DNA from: Bugula neritina
Lineage: Eukaryota; Animalia; Bryozoa
Length of the DNA: 64,000 nt
Reading direction: 5' to 3'
NCBI GenBank assembly: GCA_964035545.1
Contig: OZ037769.1
Span: forward strand, 9,508,129-9,572,128
Shown: positions 59,901-64,000 of the stretch, in pieces
Numbering within the stretch: the first letter of the stretch is position 1
Layout of the letters: every line of letters begins with the position of its first letter
Position numbers and translations under genes: made by a program
The notes under the pieces: model-generated
What the model was told of the DNA's origin: nothing
Database searches by the model: none
Seen by the model: only the letters and a program-made list of their open reading frames with translations

Positions 59901-60052
59901 CTGTCAGCTCGTGTTGGCCCGCGCATGACTAGCTAGGCTATAGCGCAATGGGCCTCATCATCGCCTCCTTGGCATTTTCTAATGTCCTTGTGTTATTAAA
60001 TACCTTTGATGAAATAAACCAAACAAACAAACAAACAAACAAACAAACAAAC
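56620..60052 (+). mobile_element. CR1/L2-group LINE, 5'-truncated, (AAAC)n tail
   Basis: ORF1 C-terminal piece, intact ORF2, 3' UTR with AATAAA and (AAAC)n ending at 60052; 5' boundary approximate. Confidence 0.9.
56997..59867 (+). CDS. LINE ORF2: APE endonuclease + reverse transcriptase
   Basis: LTETW, GDIN, LDH, SDH (APE); NYRPIS, IDFSKAFD, GVPQGS, YADD (RT); 956 aa uninterrupted. Confidence 0.95.
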   Translation: MHEINCTAYDIFSFNKLEVNNSTFSLLNFNIQSIRNKFSHFEYFLNTFSNPFDVICLTETWLNDDEIQFFKLEGYDFVGSQRLGRGGGVGAYVRCGLGADTKAVSLSGADVLSLVLHSQASKSSHFRLTIIYRQPGASSTDAFLSDLEAYISHDSSPHIVVGDINIDTLDMNVSDTYSTTISTYAFYNAITLPTRISSSRASCLDHILLNFSCINGKSGTIESDLSDHLPTFVTFQLNCSNRTNIVSDDMYRTINYSKLVSKINSFCWLKLFDDSQNCEVNYDIFITRLKFLIESCSQTIENNRPSKKFAQKPWITEHLLTQIKKKYALHKRVKKAPLNKKILKRYNAFRNNLNADLRTAKYDYFKAFISNCNSSQLWVLINEQTGKAKLNKRCFSSKLYSVEDSETMLDSNMDIANNFNLYFSTIAQKLASNFTNSNSDTYSMLTNITKEEFHLKKTDESQIIEIIEKLDSKKAIGLDNIPTKLIKFCKISLSTPLAYLFNKSIEEKIVPAQIKTAKILPFYKKGSHDRCENYRPISILPIFSKILEKIVNNQILNFLESKNLISKNQYGFRKNLSTADAVVKFKNNTLEAFNNGNCVLGIFIDFSKAFDTINHNILLAKMRKLGFSESTVSWVANYLSNRSHSTLVNATLSSSRSVTCGVPQGSVLGPTLFLIYINDLAQQFKLFNPIFYADDTNLFFESKDLNSHLEAINQDLNSLSIWCNKNKLTINYEKCNYIVLKNYQNPFQILENCILLNKRPINYSNSITFLGVQIDKNLNWSLHISNLLTKLRPLSGLIYRCSEYLPQKILLLIYNSFINSKLNYCAEAWGNAANTHLNKIFIFQKKVMRIMNKKPFDHPSAPLFTKHKVLSIYQIYRFKVLKKAHSFFYSDNFFPTHSINTRQSFINLPLPHSQTAAGHRRNCYQEVALWNELPIPLRSISNPNEFGRKLRLYLLE

Positions 60053-60659
60053 TACTCACAATCTCAGGTTATGGTGGAGTAATTAATGAAAACAGTATAA
60101 ACCCTATAGCTGAACTCCTTCAAATTTTTATGTACAAAAATCACCATCACTGCCTCAGAAGTCTCGGATAAATTTATTTAGAGTAATCAAATATTTCATT
60201 TAAAAATTAGGTTATATAAGAATCAGACTGCTGGTCTCAGCCAACCAACATTGATTGCATTCTCTGATTGGCCACTAATTATCTAATCAGGGACAGTCTT
60301 ACAAATCAGACAAATAAAACTGTTGTTAGATATGAGTCTATGAAAAGCAGACTTCTCCAAGCTGAACCCCAAACTCTTTGTGGGTGGTCCTGATGTCACC
60401 AGGAGCAATGTCAATAATAGGCAAGTGGGTGGCGGTCTTGGTGTAAATCTCAATCACTGTCAGAGCTTCTGATGGTATTTGGAATACTACAAAATGGCAG
60501 AGGGCAAACTCAAAACTCTAAACTTGCACAGAAATCAAAGTGGCTTTTGGGTTGAACTCATTAGTAGTTGTTAAAAAGCCTCAAAGGCAAGCTATATTGT
60601 ATATCAATACAAAAAAAGATGCAACTATCGCAATCATGTTCAAGTGCAGGTCGAATTTA

Positions 60660-60760
60660 TGCTATATAGGTTAGATTTACACTTTATAGGTCAGGTTTAC
60701 ACTATATAGGTAAGATTTACACTATATAGGTCAGATTTACAGTATATAGGTCAGATTTAG
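60660..60760. repeat. About 20-bp tandem repeat (ACTATATAGGTCAGATTTAC)
   Basis: About five degenerate copies. Confidence 0.8.
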
Positions 60761-61498
60761 ATACCTTGTAAAAATCCTGCAGCACTGGATATTGGGACCT
60801 GCTATCTGTTGTTACTGTGTATTCTTTTTCACCAGCTGTATATAAAATGACTGACTTATTCTTCCTTTCGCATGCATCTTGTACTGCCACTGAGTTTATA
60901 CATCTACAATCAGCAAAGGGAATAGTCATACCAACAACTCGCTCAGCTTAAGAAGAAGCCAGAGATTGTTCAGATTATCAAGTGACTAGCAACATAGTAG
61001 AGGACTAGTATCTGGTGACTAGCGACTAGTGACTATTTGATAAGCTGCTAGCAGTGACTATTACCTGTAAGTCAGGGTTTGCTTTGCTCTCTCAGAGTGA
61101 ATTTGAAGGAAGTTGAGTTGGGAAGACTCTGCCTGATACTCAAACTACAATCCATACAGGAAACCAACATGTTACTATAGCAACACTCATCAACATCCAT
61201 ACTATAAAAGCTAAAAAGTTAAAATTGATTATCCAAAATTGGTCAATTTACTCCAAGCTAAAAGATTTGCTGCGTATAGTTTATAGCTGGCGTTAATTTT
61301 TAGACTGCAACAATCTTGTTTTTTTGACAGCAGTAGCTTTAATCAGTTAGATTGATGAGCAAATTATAATATTAAAGTATCTTTCACTTAAGAGGAGGTA
61401 ACTCCACTAGATCAATCTGACAACCCCAGCATATTATTATAGAATACCTAAAAAGAACAGAAATACACAAACAAGGGTGAGTAACTCCTCATTCTTAC

Positions 61499-62293
61499 CT
61501 GTAGGACCTTGATCTCCTTGTTTACCTTGATATCCTATCTGAACAGGTCCAGGTACTCCATCTCTACCTGTAAGCACCCAGTGATATCATTACCACAAGT
61601 GCAACTAGTTTTCAACTTGATTTCTATGTTGCTATAATAAACAGTGTGACTGGTCACTATAGTATAGCCCACTAGAAATCTACTCGCTAAATAAAGGTCA
61701 TATTATAAGAGAGAATGGAGACGGCATGCCGCAGGGTTATAGTTATAAGTTTGTAGTAGGTTTAGTCTGTCTACACCCCTGCGTAGTTTAGTCTGTCTAC
61801 ACCCCTGTGTAGTTTAGTCTGTCTACACCCCTGTCTAGTTTAGTCTGTTTACACCCCTATGTAGTTTAGTCTGTTTAAACCAAAATATAGTTTAGTCAGT
61901 CTACACCTTGTGTAGTTTAGTCTGTCTACACCCCTGTGTTGCTTGGTTTGTCTACACCCCTGTGTAGACCATAATCAAATAATCCGAAGCTCTCTGAAAA
62001 AACAAAAATGCTCCGAGATAGAGTTTTCCCCTTTTCCACATAACAAACATAAAATAATGAAAACGAAAAAGATCCCAACTTAACTTGACAGATTGAACTC
62101 AATTGAGCGTAAACATCACCTGGTTCTCCAAAAAGTCCGGTATCTCCTGGGAAACAAGGTGGTCTCCTTTCTCCTGCATCTCCAGGATTGCCGGATATAC
62201 CAGGCAGGCCATCAACATCGGGTGAACCGTCCCTCTCCATCAGTTCTGTAAGATCCTGGGTGTCTTTTGGGACCCATTCTCCCTTTCTGTTCA
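61499..62293 (-). pseudogene. Degenerate collagen (Gly-X-Y) exons
   Basis: Exon 61499-61567 (GRDGVPGPVQIGYQGKQGDQGPT, AG/GT bounded); exon 62120-62293 has Gly-X-Y runs with Gly substitutions and a frameshift. Confidence 0.65.
61755..61968. repeat. 26-bp minisatellite (TTTAGTCTGTCTACACCCCTGTGTAG)
   Basis: About eight copies. Confidence 0.9.
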
Positions 62294-62576
62294 CTGCAAA
62301 ACAAGATTAACACATAATACAAGTAGGCATGGCCCTGCAGAACAAAACAGAGTAGCCAATCACATTGCTGCATTGATATTGTCAAACCAATCACATCGCT
62401 GCACTGGTATTGTGAAGCCAATATTCTCATTACAATACTCAGGCAATAATAAACAGCAAAATATGAAAAAACAATTTATTTTAAACTTATTACCGAATAA
62501 AGTTTACTTCTAGTAAAAACATGGTGGAGAATACATCTAGACCTTGAACAATAAAAGTATGAGCTCCATAATAAAC

Positions 62577-63082
62577 CAGGGTTGTTGGGGTCAATTACAT
62601 GTGAATGCAATTAATTACAATTACATGAGAATTTGTCAATTACAATTATAATTACAGTTAAAATAAATGTAATTATTTACATTACAAAATTACATTGTAA
62701 AGCAATTAATTACAATTACAATTACTTTTGTTCTCACAAAGGACAAATAGAAGTTATGCAATTTCACTTCTAGGGTCCAACTAGCAGGGGCAATTTTGAC
62801 AGGGGGGACCGTGCTTTGTTCTCAACACTCATACTATACTACATTGACTTAATCTGTACTTGTTATTTAACAGTAGGCATGTTAAAAAAGAATGAATTTC
62901 TTAAGATTTAAAAGTTTGAAGTAATTGAGATGTAATTGTAAATATCAATTACATTAGATATGTAATTAATTACAATTACAATTACATGTTTATACATCAA
63001 TTACAAATTACATTCAATTACTTGAAAAAATATAATTAAATACAACAAATTACAATTACAAATTACAATTACCCCAACCCTG
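62577..63082. mobile_element. hAT-type MITE with AATTAC subterminal repeats
   Basis: CAGGGTTG...CAACCCTG termini and a perfect 8-bp TSD TAATAAAC (62569-62576 and 63083-63090). Confidence 0.88.
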
Positions 63083-64000
63083 TAATAAACTGTGAAACAC
63101 CTAGGCGTGGCTAACTGATAACACAAGGCAAGGAACTCAAGCTATATTTCCAAATATTTCAGAGGAGACGACTCCCACACAAGCAGTGAGCCCCACAAAG
63201 ATACTATTCACCAACCTCGGTTCTTGCAGGTCAGGATATAGTCTCACATATGTCAACGAATAGCAGGTGGTAGTTATTTCATGTTGTGCAGGTGCCGGCA
63301 ACTGCCACGCTGAAGAGGAAACCTACCGACATAGACCCGTGCCTGCAATATGAAATGTGCTCCCAGGCTATAGCTAGTCTCAACAGTACTGGAGATAACC
63401 TCAGTACTCTGTTCAAACTGATGTTTACTCAGGGTGAGTGCGTTAGCCTACCACAATTCAAATTCAAATATCTAATGATTACTATTAATAGAGCCTTTAA
63501 TTCTCATTAAGATTGTTATATCTTCCATTACTATTAACAGACGTTAGTTTGAGCTTCGGATACAGTTCATGTATGCTTTGTTTATGGAAGTACAATGATC
63601 GTTTCCTGTCTTCAGGCAAGGAATACGACAGAGCTATCTTTCTCAAAGCCGCCAACACCATGAGAAGAAGTTGTCGTAACTTAGCCTCGGGTTCTTCTCT
63701 TGACATCACGCCTCTGCTAGGGGCGGTGAATCATCTCTTCCCCATCTATTTCAGACGTTCGACCCAAAAGAGTTCTGCCCCAAGTTGCCAACACAGAAAA
63801 GGTAACGTGTGGCATCTACTTGGTGCAAGTCATGTACGTTGATATAGTATAATATAATAATATACCATTTTTATAATATAGTATGATTATAATATTATAA
63901 TATAAGGATAATATAGCATATAAACAATATAATATATTATGTAATATGATTTTTATATAATGAAGTGATAATATAATTATAATATGCTATAGTTGTCCTG

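Noticed and set aside
61755-61968. CRISPR-like 26-bp repeats
   Set aside because: Plain tandem minisatellite without spacers.
63286-63842. Possible DNA transposase remnant
   Set aside because: Coding-like composition but no motif I can assign with confidence.

Overview
AT-rich genomic DNA of an invertebrate animal (spliced GT-AG genes, microsatellites, many transposons); not prokaryotic. 1-19.4 kb is a nest of LTR retrotransposons (three Copia, three Gypsy including a near-intact Mag-like copy with 190-bp LTRs) plus a LINE relic, all on the minus strand. About 21.7-53 kb is a multi-exon plus-strand host gene encoding a mosaic Sushi/C-type lectin/mucin protein. One of its introns holds a long-TIR Sola2-like transposon (32435-49699). 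Inserted in that transposon's left TIR is a complete 14,194-bp Polinton/Maverick (adintovirus-type endogenous virus, 33199-47392, perfect 6-bp TSD CACATT). It encodes pPolB, integrase, packaging ATPase, adenain protease, major and minor capsids, core and fibre-like proteins. Most notable features of the virus: 14 of 15 genes start at a poxvirus-late-like TAAATG motif; two divergent genes share a perfect 18-bp palindrome containing both ATGs; an AAAATTGA motif precedes pPolB; the integrase is fused to a parvovirus-type phospholipase A2; and each terminus folds into a 101-bp hairpin. Together these suggest, by inference, a virophage-like element that borrows a large DNA virus's transcription machinery. 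53.5-60 kb holds Penelope elements with hammerhead ribozymes at (TA)n tracts and a CR1/L2-group LINE with an intact ORF2. 60-64 kb has degenerate collagen exons, minisatellites and a hAT MITE. All coordinates and counts were read by eye; no database searches were run.
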